Source: Eledone cirrhosa (lineage: Eukaryota). Taken from it: 64,000 bases of DNA. The stretch is from assembly GCA_964016885.1 (NCBI GenBank), contig OZ024742.1, positions 375,472,001-375,536,000 of the forward strand, written 5' to 3'. The translations under genes were made by a program, and so were the position numbers. This document shows positions 40,201 to 51,600 of the stretch, piece by piece; position 1 is the first letter of the stretch, and every line of letters starts with the position of its first letter. The notes under the pieces were generated by a model. It was not told the origin of the DNA and ran no database searches. It saw nothing but the letters and a program-made list of their open reading frames with translations.

Positions 40201-42299
40201 CTTCTGTGCCTTTGACTTCTTCTGTGCCTTTGACTTCTTCTGTGCTTTTGTTTTCTTCTGTGCTTTTGACTTCTTCTGTGCCTTTGTTTTCTTCTGTGCC
40301 TTTGACTTCTTCTGTGCTTTTGACTTCTTCTGTGCCTTTGACTTCTTCTGTGCCTTTGACTTCTTCTGTGCTTTTGACTTCTTCTGTGCTTTTGACTTCT
40401 TCTTTGCCTTTGACTTCTTCTGTGCTTTTGACTTCTTCTGTGCCTTTGACTTCTTCTGTGCCTTTGACTTCTTCTGTGCCTTTGACTTCTTCTGTGCTTT
40501 TGACTTCTTCTGTGCCCTTGACTTCTTCTGTGCCTTTGACTTCTTCTGTGCCTTTAACTTCTTCTCTGCCTTTGACTTCTTCTGTGCCTTTGACTTCTTC
40601 TGTGCCTTTGACTTCTTCTGTGCTTTTGTTTCCTTCTGTGCCTTTGTCTTCTTCTGTGCCTTTGACTTCTTCTGTGCCTTTGACTTCTTCTGTGCTTTTG
40701 TTTTCTTCTGTGCTTTTGACTTCTTCTGTGCCTTTGACTTCTTCTGTGCTTTTGTTTTCTTCTGTGCTTTTGACTTCTTCTGTGCTTTTGACTTCTTCTG
40801 TGCCTTTGACTTCTTCTGTGCCTTTGTCTTCTTCTGTGCCTTTGACTTCTTCTGTGCTTTTGTCTTCTTCTGTGCCTTTGACTTCTTCTGTGCTTTTGAC
40901 TTCTTCTGTGCCTTTGACTTCTTTTCTGCTTTTATTTTCTTCTGTGCTTTTGACTTCTTCTGTGCCTTTGACTTCTTCTGTGCCTTTGACTTCTTCTGTG
41001 CCTTTGACTTCTTCTGTGCCTTTGACTTCTTCTGTGCTTTTGTTTTCTTCTGTGCTTTTGACTTCTTCTGTGCCTTTGACTTCTTCTGTGCCTTTGTCTT
41101 CTTCTGTGCCTTTGACTTCTTCTGTGCCTTTGACTTCTTCTGTGCTTTTGTTTCCTTCTGTGCTTTTGACTTCTTCTGTGCCTCTGACTTCTTCTGTGCC
41201 TTTGACTTCTTCTGTGCCTTTGACTTCTTCTGTGCCTTTGACTTCTTCTGTGCTTTTGTTTTCTTCTGTGCCTTTGACTTCTTCTGTGCCTTTGATTTCT
41301 TCTGTGCCTTTGACTTCTTCTGTGCCTTTGACTTCTTCTGTGCTTTTGACTTCTTCTGTGCCTTTGACTTCTTCTGTGGTTTTGACTTCTTCTGTGCCTT
41401 TGACTTCTTCTGTGCCTTTGTCTTCTTCTGTGCCTTTGACTTCTTCTGTGCTTTTGACTTCTTCTGTGCTTTTGACTTCTTCTGTGCCTTTGACTTCTTC
41501 TGTGCTTTTGTTTTCTTCTGTACTTTTGACTTCTTCTGTGCCTTTGACTTCTTCTCTGCCTTTGACTTCTTCTTTGCTTTTGACTTCTTCTGTGCCTTTG
41601 ACTTCTTCTGTGCCTTTGACTTCTTCTGTGCTTTTGACTTCTTCTGTGCCTTTGACTTCTTCTGTGCCTTTGTCTTCTTCTGTGCCTTTGACTTCTTCTG
41701 TGCTTTTTTTTTCTTCTGTGCTTTTGACTTCTTCAGTGCCTTTGAATTCTTCTGTGCCTTTAACTTCTTCTGTGCTTTTGACTTATTCTGTGCCATTGAC
41801 TTCTTCTGTGCCTTTGACTTCTTCTGTGCTTTTGACTTCTTCTGTGCCTTTGACTTCTTCTGTGCCTTTGACTTCTTCTGTGCCTTTGTCTTCTTCTGTG
41901 CCTTTGACTTCTTCTGTGCCTTTGACTTCTTCTGTGCTTTTGTTTTCTTCTGTGCTTTTGACTTCTTCTGTGCCTTTGACTTCTTCTGTGCCTTTGACTT
42001 CTTCTGTGCCTTTGTCTTCTTCTGTGCCTTTGACCTCTTCTGTGCCTTTGACTTCTTCTGTGCTTTTGTTTTCTTCTGTGCTTTTGACTTCTTCTGTGCC
42101 TTTGTCTTCTTCTGTGCCTTGGACTTCTTCTGTGCCTTTGACTTCTTCTGTGCCTTTGACTTCTTCTGTTCTTTTGACTTCTTCTGTGCCTTTGACTTCT
42201 TCTGTGCTTTTGTCTTCTTCTGTGCCTTTGACTTCTTCTGTGCCTTTGTCTTCTTCTGTGCTTTTGACTTCTTCTGTGCCTTTGTCTTCTTCTGTGTCT

Positions 42300-45200
42300 T
42301 TGTCTTCTTCTGTGCTTTTGTCTTCTTCTGTGCCTTTGTCTTCTTCTGTGCCTTTGTCTTCTTCTGTGCCTTTGTCTTCTTCTGTGCTTTTGTTTTCTTC
42401 TGTGCTTTTGACTTCTTCTGTGCCTTTGACTTCTTCTGTGCCTTTGTCTTCTTCTGTGCCTTTGACTTCTTCTGTGCTTTTGTCTTCTTCTGTGCCTTTG
42501 ACTTCTTCTGTGCTTTTGACTTCTTCTGTGCCTTTGACTTCTTCTGTGCCTTTGACTTCTTCTGTGCCTTTGACTTCTTCTGTGCTTTTCTCTTCTTCTG
42601 TGCCTTTGGCTTCTTCTGTGCTTTTGTCTTCTTCTGTGCCTTTGATGTCTTCTGTGCTTTTGACTTCTTCTGTGCCTTTGACTTCTTCTGTGCTTTTGTT
42701 TTCTTCTGTGCCTTTGACTTCTTCTGTGCCTTTGATTTCTTCTGTGCATTTGACTTCTTCTGTGCTTTTGACTTCTTCTGTGCCTTTGACTTCTTCTGTG
42801 CCTTTGACTTCTTCTGTGCCTTTGACTTCTTCTGTGCCTTAGACTTCTTCTGTGCTTTTGTTTTCTTCTGTGCTTTTGACTTCTTCTGTGCCTTTGTCTT
42901 CTTCTGTGCCTTTGACTTCTTCTGTGCTTTTGACTTCTTCTGTGCCTTTGACTTCTTCTGTGCCTTTGACTTCTTCTGTGCCTTTGTCTTCTTCTGTGCC
43001 TTTGACTTCTTCTGTGCCTTTGACTTCTTCTGTGCATTTGTTTCCTTCTGTGCTTTTGACTTCTTCTGTGCCTTTGACTTCTTCTGTGCCTTTGACTTCT
43101 TCTGTGCCTCTGACTTCTTCTGTGCCTTTGACTTCTTCTGTGCTTTTGTTTTCTTCTGTGGTTTTGACTTCTTCTGTGCCTTTGACTTCTTCTGTGCCTT
43201 TGTCTTCTTCTGTGCCTTTGACTTCTTCTGTGCTTTTGACTTCTTCTGTGCTTTTGACTTCTTCTGTGCCTTTGACTTCTTGTGTGCTTTTGTTTTCTTC
43301 TGTACTTTTGACTTCTTCTGTGCCTTTGACTTCTTCTCTGCCTTTGACTTCTTCTGTGATTTTGACTTCTTCTGTGCCTTTGACTTCTTCTGTGCCTTTG
43401 ACTTCTTCTGTGCTTTTGACTTCTTCTGTGCCTTTGACTTCTTCTGTGCCTTTGTCTTCTTCTGTGCCTTTGACTTCTTCTGTGCTTTTGTTTTCTTCTG
43501 TGCTTTTGACTTCTTCTGTGCCTTTGAATTCTTCTGTGCCTTTAACTTCTTCTGTGCTTTTGACTTCTTCTGTGCCTTTGACTTCTTCTGTGCCTATGTC
43601 TTCTTCTGTGCCTTTGACTTCTTCTGTGCCTTTGTCTTCTTCTGTGCCATTGACTTCTTCTGTGCCTTTGACTTCTTCTGTGCTTTTGACTTCTTCTGTG
43701 CCTTTGACTTCTTCTGTGCCTTTGACTTCTTCTGTGCTTTTGTCTTCTTCTGTGCCTTTGACTTCTTCTGTGCCTTTGACTTCTTCTGTGCTTTTGTTTT
43801 CTTCTGTGCTTTTGACTTCTTCTGTGCCTTTGACTTCTTCTGTGCCTTTGACTTCTTCTGTGCCTTTGTCTTCTTCTGTGCCTTTGACCTCTTCTGTGCC
43901 TTTGTCTTCTTCTGTGCTTTTGTCTTCTTCTGTGCCTTTGTCTTCTTCTGTGCCTTTGTCTTCTTCTGTGCTTTTGACTTCTTCTGTGCCTTTGTCTTCT
44001 TCTGTGCCTTTGTCTTCTTCTGTGCTTTTGTCTTCTTCTGTGCCTTTGTCTTCTTCTGTGCCTTTGTCTTCTTCTGTGCCTTTGTCTTCTTCTGTGCTTT
44101 TGTTTTCTTCTGTGCTTTTGACTTCTTCTGTGCCTTTGACTTCTTCTGTGCCTTTGTCTTCTTCTGTGCCTTTGACTTCTTCTGTGCTTTTGTCTTCTTC
44201 TGTGCCTTTGACTTCTTCTGTGCTTTTGACTTCTTCTGTGCCTTTGACTTCTTCTGTGCCTTTGACTTCTTCTGTGCCTTTGACTTCTTCTGTGCTTTTC
44301 TCTTCTTCTGTGCCTTTGACTTCTTCTGTGCTTTTGTCTTCTTCTGTGCCTTTGATGTCTTCTGTGCTTTTGACTTCTTCTGTGCCTTTGACTTCTTCTG
44401 TGCTTTTGTTTTCTTCTGTGCCTTTGACTTCTTCTGTGCCTTTGATTTCTTCTGTGCATTTGACTTCTTCTGTGCTTTTGACTTCTTCTGTGCCTTTGAC
44501 TTCTTCTGTGCCTTTGACTTCTTCTGTGCCTTTGACTTCTTCTGTGCCTTAGACTTCTTCTGTGCTTTTGTTTTCTTCTGTGCTTTTGACTTCTTCTGTG
44601 CCTTTGTCTTCTTCTGTGCCTTTGACTTCTTCTGTGCTTTTGACTTCTTCTGTGCCTTTGACTTCTTCTGTGCCTTTGACTTCTTCTGTGCCTTTGTCTT
44701 CTTCTGTGCCTTTGACTTCTTATGTGCCTTTGACTTCTTCTGTGCATTTGTTTCCTTCTGTGCTTTTGACTTCTTCTGTGCCTTTGACTTCTTCTGTGCC
44801 TTTGACTTCTTCTGTGCCTTTGACTTCTTCTGTGCCTTTGACTTCTTCTGTGCTTTTGTTTTCTTCTGTGCCTTTGACTTCTTCTGTGCCTTTGATTTCT
44901 TCTGTGCCTTTGACTTCTTCTGTGCCTTTGACTACTTCTGTGCTTTTGACTTCTTCTGTGCCTTTGACTTCTTCTGTGGTTTTGACTTCTTCTGTGCCTT
45001 TGACTTCTTCTGTGCCTTTGTCTTCTTCTGTGCCTTTGACTTCTTCTGTGCTTTTGACTTCTTCTGTGCTTTTGACTTCTTCTGTGCCTTTGACTTCTTG
45101 TGTGCTTTTGTTTTCTTCTGTACTTTTGACTTCTTCTGTGCCTTTGACTTCTTCTCTGCCTTTGACTTCTTCTGTGATTTTGACTTCTTCTGTGCCTTTG

Positions 45201-47100
45201 ACTTCTTCTGTGCCTTTGACTTCTTCTGTGCTTTTGACTTCTTCTGTGCCTTTGACTTCTTCTGTGCCTTTGTCTTCTTCTGTGCCTTTGACTTCTTCTG
45301 TGCTTTTGTTTTCTTCTGTGCTTTTGACTTCTTCTGTGCCTTTGAATTCTTCTGTGCCTTTAACTTCTTCTGTGCTTTTGACTTCTTCTGTGCCTTTGAC
45401 TTCTTCTGTGCCTATGTCTTCTTCTGTGCCTTTGACTTCTTCTGTGCCTTTGTCTTCTTCTGTGCCATTGACTTCTTCTGTGCCTTTGACTTCTTCTGTG
45501 CTTTTGACTTCTTCTGTGCCTTTGACTTCTTCTGTGCTTTTGACTTCTTCTGTGCCTTTGACTTCTTCTGTGCCTTTGACTTCTTCTGTGCCTTTGACTT
45601 CTTCTGTGCTTTTCTCTTCTTCTGTGCCTTTGACTTCTTCTGTGCTTTTGTCTTCTTCTGTGCCTTTGATGTCTTCTGTGCTTTTGACTTCTTCTGTGCC
45701 TTTGACTTCTTCTGTGCTTTTGTTTTCTTCTGTGCCTTTGACTTCTTCTGTGCCTTTGATTTCTTCTGTGCATTTGACTTCTTCTGTGCTTTTGACTTCT
45801 TCTGTGCCTTTGACTTCTTCTGTGCCTTTGACTTCTTCTGTGCCTTTGACTTCTTCTGTGCCTTAGACTTCTTCTGTGCTTTTGTTTTCTTCTGTGCTTT
45901 TGACTTCTTCTGTGCCTTTGTCTTCTTCTGTGCCTTTGACTTCTTCTGTGCTTTTGACTTCTTCTGTGCCTTTGACTTCTTCTGTGCCTTTGACTTCTTC
46001 TGTGCCTTTGTCTTCTTCTGTGCCTTTGACTTCTTATGTGCCTTTGACTTCTTCTGTGCATTTGTTTCCTTCTGTGCTTTTGACTTCTTCTGTGCCTTTG
46101 ACTTCTTCTGTGCCTTTGACTTCTTCTGTGCCTTTGACTTCTTCTGTGCCTTTGACTTCTTCTGTGCTTTTGTTTTCTTCTGTGCCTTTGACTTCTTCTG
46201 TGCCTTTGATTTCTTCTGTGCCTTTGACTTCTTCTGTGCCTTTGACTACTTCTGTGCTTTTGACTTCTTCTGTGCCTTTGACTTCTTCTGTGGTTTTGAC
46301 TTCTTCTGTGCCTTTGACTTCTTCTGTGCCTTTGTCTTCTTCTGTGCCTTTGACTTCTTCTGTGCTTTTGACTTCTTGTGTGCTTTTGACTTCTTCTGTG
46401 CCTTTGACTTCTTGTGTGCTTTTGTTTTCTTCTGTACTTTTGACTTCTTCTGTGCCTTTGACTTCTTCTCTGCCTTTGACTTCTTCTGTGATTTTGACTT
46501 CTTCTGTGCCTTTGACTTCTTCTGTGCCTTTGACTTCTTCTGTGCTTTTGACTTCTTCTGTGCCTTTGACTTCTTCTGTGCCTTTGTCTTCTTCTGTGCC
46601 TTTGACTTCTTCTGTGCTTTTGTTTTCTTCTGTGCTTTTGACTTCTTCTGTGCCTTTGAATTCTTCTGTGCCTTTAACTTCTTCTGTGCTTTTGACTTCT
46701 TCTGTGCCTTTGACTTCTTCTGTGCCTATGTCTTCTTCTGTGCCTTTGACTTCTTCTGTGCCTTTGTCTTCTTCTGTGCCATTGACTTCTTCTGTGCCTT
46801 TGACTTCTTCTGTGCTTTTGACTTCTTCTGTGCCTTTGACTTCTTCTGTGCCTTTGACTTCTTCTGTGCTTTTGTCTTCTTCTGTGCCTTTGACTTCTTC
46901 TGTGCCTTTGACTTCTTCTGTGCTTTTGTTTTCTTCTGTGCTTTTGACTTCTTCTGTGCCTTTGACTTCTTCTGTGCCTTTGACTTCTTCTGTGCCTTTG
47001 TCTTCTTCTGTGCCTTTGACCTCTTCTGTGCCTTTGTCTTCTTCTGTGCTTTTGTCTTCTTCTGTGCCTTTGTCTTCTTCTGTGCCTTTGTCTTCTTCTG
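42300..47100. repeat. Three related copies, periods ~1710-1818 and 1314 bp
   Basis: CCTTAG stops ending 42842, 44552 and 45866. Region-specific markers TTGATGTC (~42643, ~44353, ~45667), GCATTTGTTTCC, GTGATTTTG and CCTATGTC each occur three times in the same order. Confidence 0.9.
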
Positions 47101-48629
47101 TGCATTTGTCTTATTCTGTGCTTTTGTTTTCTTCTGTGCTTTTGACTTCTTCTGTGCCTTTGACTTCTTCTGTGCTTTTGACATCTTCTGTGCCTTTGAC
47201 TTCTTCTGTGCCTTTGACTTCTTCTGTGCCTTTGTCTTCTTCTGTGCCTTTGACTTCTTCTGTGCTTTTGTCTTCTTCTGTTCCTTTGACTTCTTCTGTG
47301 CTTTTGACTTCTTCTGTGCCTTTGACTTCTTTTGTGCTTTTGTTTTCTTCTGTGCTTTTGACTTCTTCTGTGCCTTTGACTTCTTCTGTGCCTTTGACTT
47401 CTTCTGTGCCTTTGACTTCTTCTGTGCCTTTGACTTCTTCTGTGCTTTTCTCTTCTTCTGTGCCTTTGACTTCTTCTGTGCTTTTGTCTTCTTCTGTGCC
47501 TTTGACTTCTTCTGTGCTTTTGACTTCTTCTGTGCCTTTGACTTCTTCTGTGCATTTGACTTCTTCTGTGCTTTTGACTTCTTCTGTGCTTTTGACTTCT
47601 TCTGTGCCTTTGTCTTCTTCTGTGCCTTTGACTTCTTCTGTGCTTTTGTTTTCTTCTGTGCCTTTAACTTCTTCTGTGCCTTTGACTTCTTCTATGCCTT
47701 TAACTTCTTCTGTGCTTTTGACTTCTTCTCTGCCTTTGACTTCTTCTGTGCCTTTGACTTCTTCTGTGCTTTTGACTTCTTCTGTGCCTTTGACTTCTTC
47801 TGTGCCTTTGACTTCTTCTGTGCCTTTGTCTTCTTCTGTGCCTTTGACTTCTTCTGTGCCTTTGACTTCTTCTGTGCTTTTGTTTTCTTCTGTGCTTTTG
47901 ACTTCTTCTGTGCCTTTGACTTCTTCTGTGCCTTTGACTTCTTCTGTGCCTTTGACTTATCCTGTGCCTTTGACTTCTTCTGTGCTTTTGTTTTCTTCTG
48001 TGCTTTTGACTTCTTCTGTGCCTTTGTCTTCTTCTGTGCCTTTGACTTCTTCTGTGCCTTTGACTTCTTCAGTGCCTTTGACTTCTTCTGTGCCTTTGAC
48101 TTCTTCTGTGCCTTTGACTTCTGTGCTTTTGACTTCTTCTGTGCCTTTGACCTCTTCTGTGCTTTTGACTTCTTCTGTGACTTTGACTTCCTCTGTGCTT
48201 TTGACTTCTTCTGTGCATTTGATTTCTTCTATGCCTTTGACTTCTTCTGTGCCTTTGTCTTCTTCTGTGCCTTTGACTTCTTCTGTGCCTTTGACTTCTC
48301 CTGTGCTTTTGTTTTCTTCTGTGCTTTTGACTTCTTCTGTGCCTTTGACTTCTTCTGTGCCTTTGACTTCTTCTGTGCCTTTGACTTCTTCTGTGCCTTT
48401 GACTTCTTCTGTGCTTTTGTTTTCTTCTGTGATTTTGACTTCTTCTGTGCCTTTGTCTTCTTCTGTGCCTTTGACTTCTTCTGTGCCTTTGACTTCTTCT
48501 GTGCTTTTGACTTCTTCTGTGCCTTTGACTTCTTCTGTGCCTTTGACTTCTTCTGTGCTTTTGACTTCTTCTGTGCCTTTGACTTCTTCTGTGCTTTTGA
48601 CTTCTTCTGTGCCTTTGACTTCTTCTGTG

Positions 48630-51600
48630 CCTTTGACTTCTTCTGTGCTTTTGACTTCTTCTGTGCTTTTGACTTCTTCTGTGCCTTTGACTTCTTCTGT
48701 GCTTTTGACTTCTTCTGTGCCTTTGACTTCTTCTGTGCTTTTGACTTCTTCTGTGCTTTTGACTTCTTCTGTGCCTTTGACTTCTTCTGTGCTTTTGACT
48801 TCTTCTGTGCTTTTGACTTCTTCTGTGCCTTTGACTTTTTCTGTGCCTTTGTCTTCTTCTGTGCCTTTGAATTCTTCTGTGCCTTTGACTTCTTCTGTGC
48901 TTTTGTTTTCTTCTGTGCTTTTGACTTCTTCTGTGCCTTTGACTTCTTCTGTGCCTTTGACTTCTTCTGTGCCTTTGACTTATCCTGTGCCTTTGACTTC
49001 TTCTGTGCTTTTGTTTTCTTCTGTGCTTTTGACTTCTTCTGTGCTTTTGTCTTCTTCTGTGCCTTTGACTTCTTCTGTGCCTTTGACTTCTTCAGTGCCT
49101 TTGACTTCTTCTGTGCCTTTGTCTTCTTCTATGCCTTTGACTTCTTCTGTGCCTTTGACTTCTTCTGTGCTTTTGACTTCTTCTGTGCTTTTGACTTCTT
49201 CTGTGCCTTTGACTTCTTCTGTGCTTTTGACTTCTTCTGTGCCTTTGACTTCTTCTGTGCTTTTGACTTCTTCTGTGCTTTTGACTTCTTCTGTGCCTTT
49301 GACTTCTTCTGTGCTTTTGACTTCTTCTGTGCTTTTGACTTCTTCTGTGCCTTTGACTTTTTCTGTGCCTTTGTCTTCTTCTGTGCCTTTGACTTCTTCT
49401 GTGCCTTTGACTTCTTCTGTGCTTTTGTTTTCTTCTGTGCTTTTGACTTCTTCTGTGCCTTTGACTTCTTCTGTGCCTTTGACTTCTTCTGTGCCTTTGA
49501 CTTATCCTGTGCCTTTGACTTCTTCTGTGCTTTTGTTTTCTTCTGTGCTTTTGACTTCTTCTGTGCTTTTGTCTTCTTCTGTGCCTTTGAATTCTTCTGT
49601 GCCTTTGACTTCTTCAGTGCCTTTGACTTCTTCTGTGCCTTTGTCTTCTTCTATGCCTTTGACTTCTTCTGTGCCTTTGACTTCTTCTGTGCTTTTGTAT
49701 TCTTCTGTGCTTTTGACTTCTTCTGTGCCTTTGACTTCTTCTGTGCCTTTGACTTCTTCTGTGCCTTTGACTTCTTCTGTGCCTTTGACTTCTTCTGTGC
49801 TTTTGTTTTCTTCTGTGCCTTTGACTTCTTCTGTGGTTTTGACTTCTTCTGTGCCTTTGACTTCTTCTGTGCCTTTGTCTTCCTCTGTGCCTTTGACTTC
49901 TTCTTTGCTTTTGACTTCTTCTGTGCTTTTGACTTCTTCTATGCCTTTGACTTCTTCTGTGCTTTTGTTTTCTTCTGTACTTTTGACTTCTTCTGTGCCT
50001 TTGACTTCTTCTGTGCATTTGATTTCTTCTGTGCTTTTGACTTCTTCTGTGCCTTTGACTTCTTCTGTGCCTTTGACTTCTTCTGTGCTTTTGACTTCTT
50101 CTGTGCCTTTGACTTCTTCTGTGCCTTTGTCTTCTTCTGTGCCTTTGACTTCTTCTGTGCTTTTGTTTTCTTCTGTGCTTTTGACTTCTTCTGTGCCTTT
50201 GACTTCTTCTGTGCCTTTGACTTCTTCTGTGCCTTTGTCTTCTTCTGTGCCTTTGACCTCTTCTGTGATTTTGACTTCTTCTGTGCCTTTGTCTTCTTCT
50301 GTGCCTTTGACTTCTTCTGTGCCTTTGACTTCTTCTGTGCCTTTGACTTCTTCTGTGCTTTTGACTTCTTCTGTGCCTTTGACTTCTTCTGTGCCTTTGA
50401 CTTCTTCTGTGCCTTTGACTTCTTCTGTGCTTTTGACTTCTTGTGTGCCTTTGACTTCTTCTGTGCTTTTGACTTCTTCTGTGCTTTTGTTTTCTTCTGT
50501 GCCTTTGACTTCTTCTGTGCCTTTGACTTCTTCTGTGCCTTTGACTTCTTCTGTGCTTTTGACTTCTTCTGTGTCTTTGACTTCTTCTGTGCTTTTGACT
50601 TCTTCTGTGCCTTTGACTTCTTCTGTGCTTTTGACTTCTTCTGTGCATTTGACTTCCTCTGTGCCTTTGACTTCTTCTGTGCCTTTGTCTTCTTCTGTGC
50701 CTTTGACTTCTTCTGTGCCTTTGACTTCTTCTGTGCTTTTGACTTCTTCTGTGCCTTTGACTTCTTCTGTGCCTTTGACTTCTTCTGTGCCTTTTGTCTT
50801 CTTCTGTGCATTTGACTTCTTCTGTGCCTTTGACTTCTTCTGTGCTTTTGTTTTCTTCTGTGCTTTTGACTTCTTCTGTGCCTTTGACTTCATCTGTGCC
50901 TTTGACTTCTTCTGTGCTTTTGACATCTTCTGTGCCTTTGACTTCTTCTGTGCCTTTGACTTCTTCTGTGCCTTTGTCTTCTTCTGTGCCTTTGACTTCT
51001 TCTGTGCTTTTGTCTTCTTCTGTGCCTTTGACTTCTTCTGTGCTTTTGACTTCTGTGCTTTTGACTTCTTCTGTGCCTTTGACTTCTTCTGTGCTTTTGA
51101 CTTCTTCTGTGCCTTTGACTTCTTCTGTGCTTTTGACATCTTCTGTGCCTTTGACTTCTTCTGTGCCTTTGTCTTCCTCTGTGCCTTTGACTTCTTCTGT
51201 GCTTTTGACTTCTTCTGTGCTTTTGACTTCTTCTATGCCTTTGACTTCTTCTGTGCTTTTGTTTTCTTCTGTACTTTTGACTTCTTCTGTGCCTTTGACT
51301 TCTTCTGTGCATTTGATTTCTTCTGCCTTTGACTTCTTCTGTGCCTTTGACTTCTTCTGTGCTTTTGACTTCTTCTGTGCTTTTGACTTCTTCTGTGCCT
51401 TTGACTTCTTCTGTGCTTTTGACTTCTTCTGTGCCTTTGACTTCTTCTGTGCTTTTGACTTCTTCTGTGCTTTTGACTTCTTCTGTGCCTTTGACTTCTT
51501 CTGTGCTTTTGACTTCTTCTGTGCTTTTGACTTCTTCTGTGCCTTTGACTTTTTCTGTGCCTTTGTCTTCTTCTGTGCCTTTGAATTCTTCTGTGCCTTT

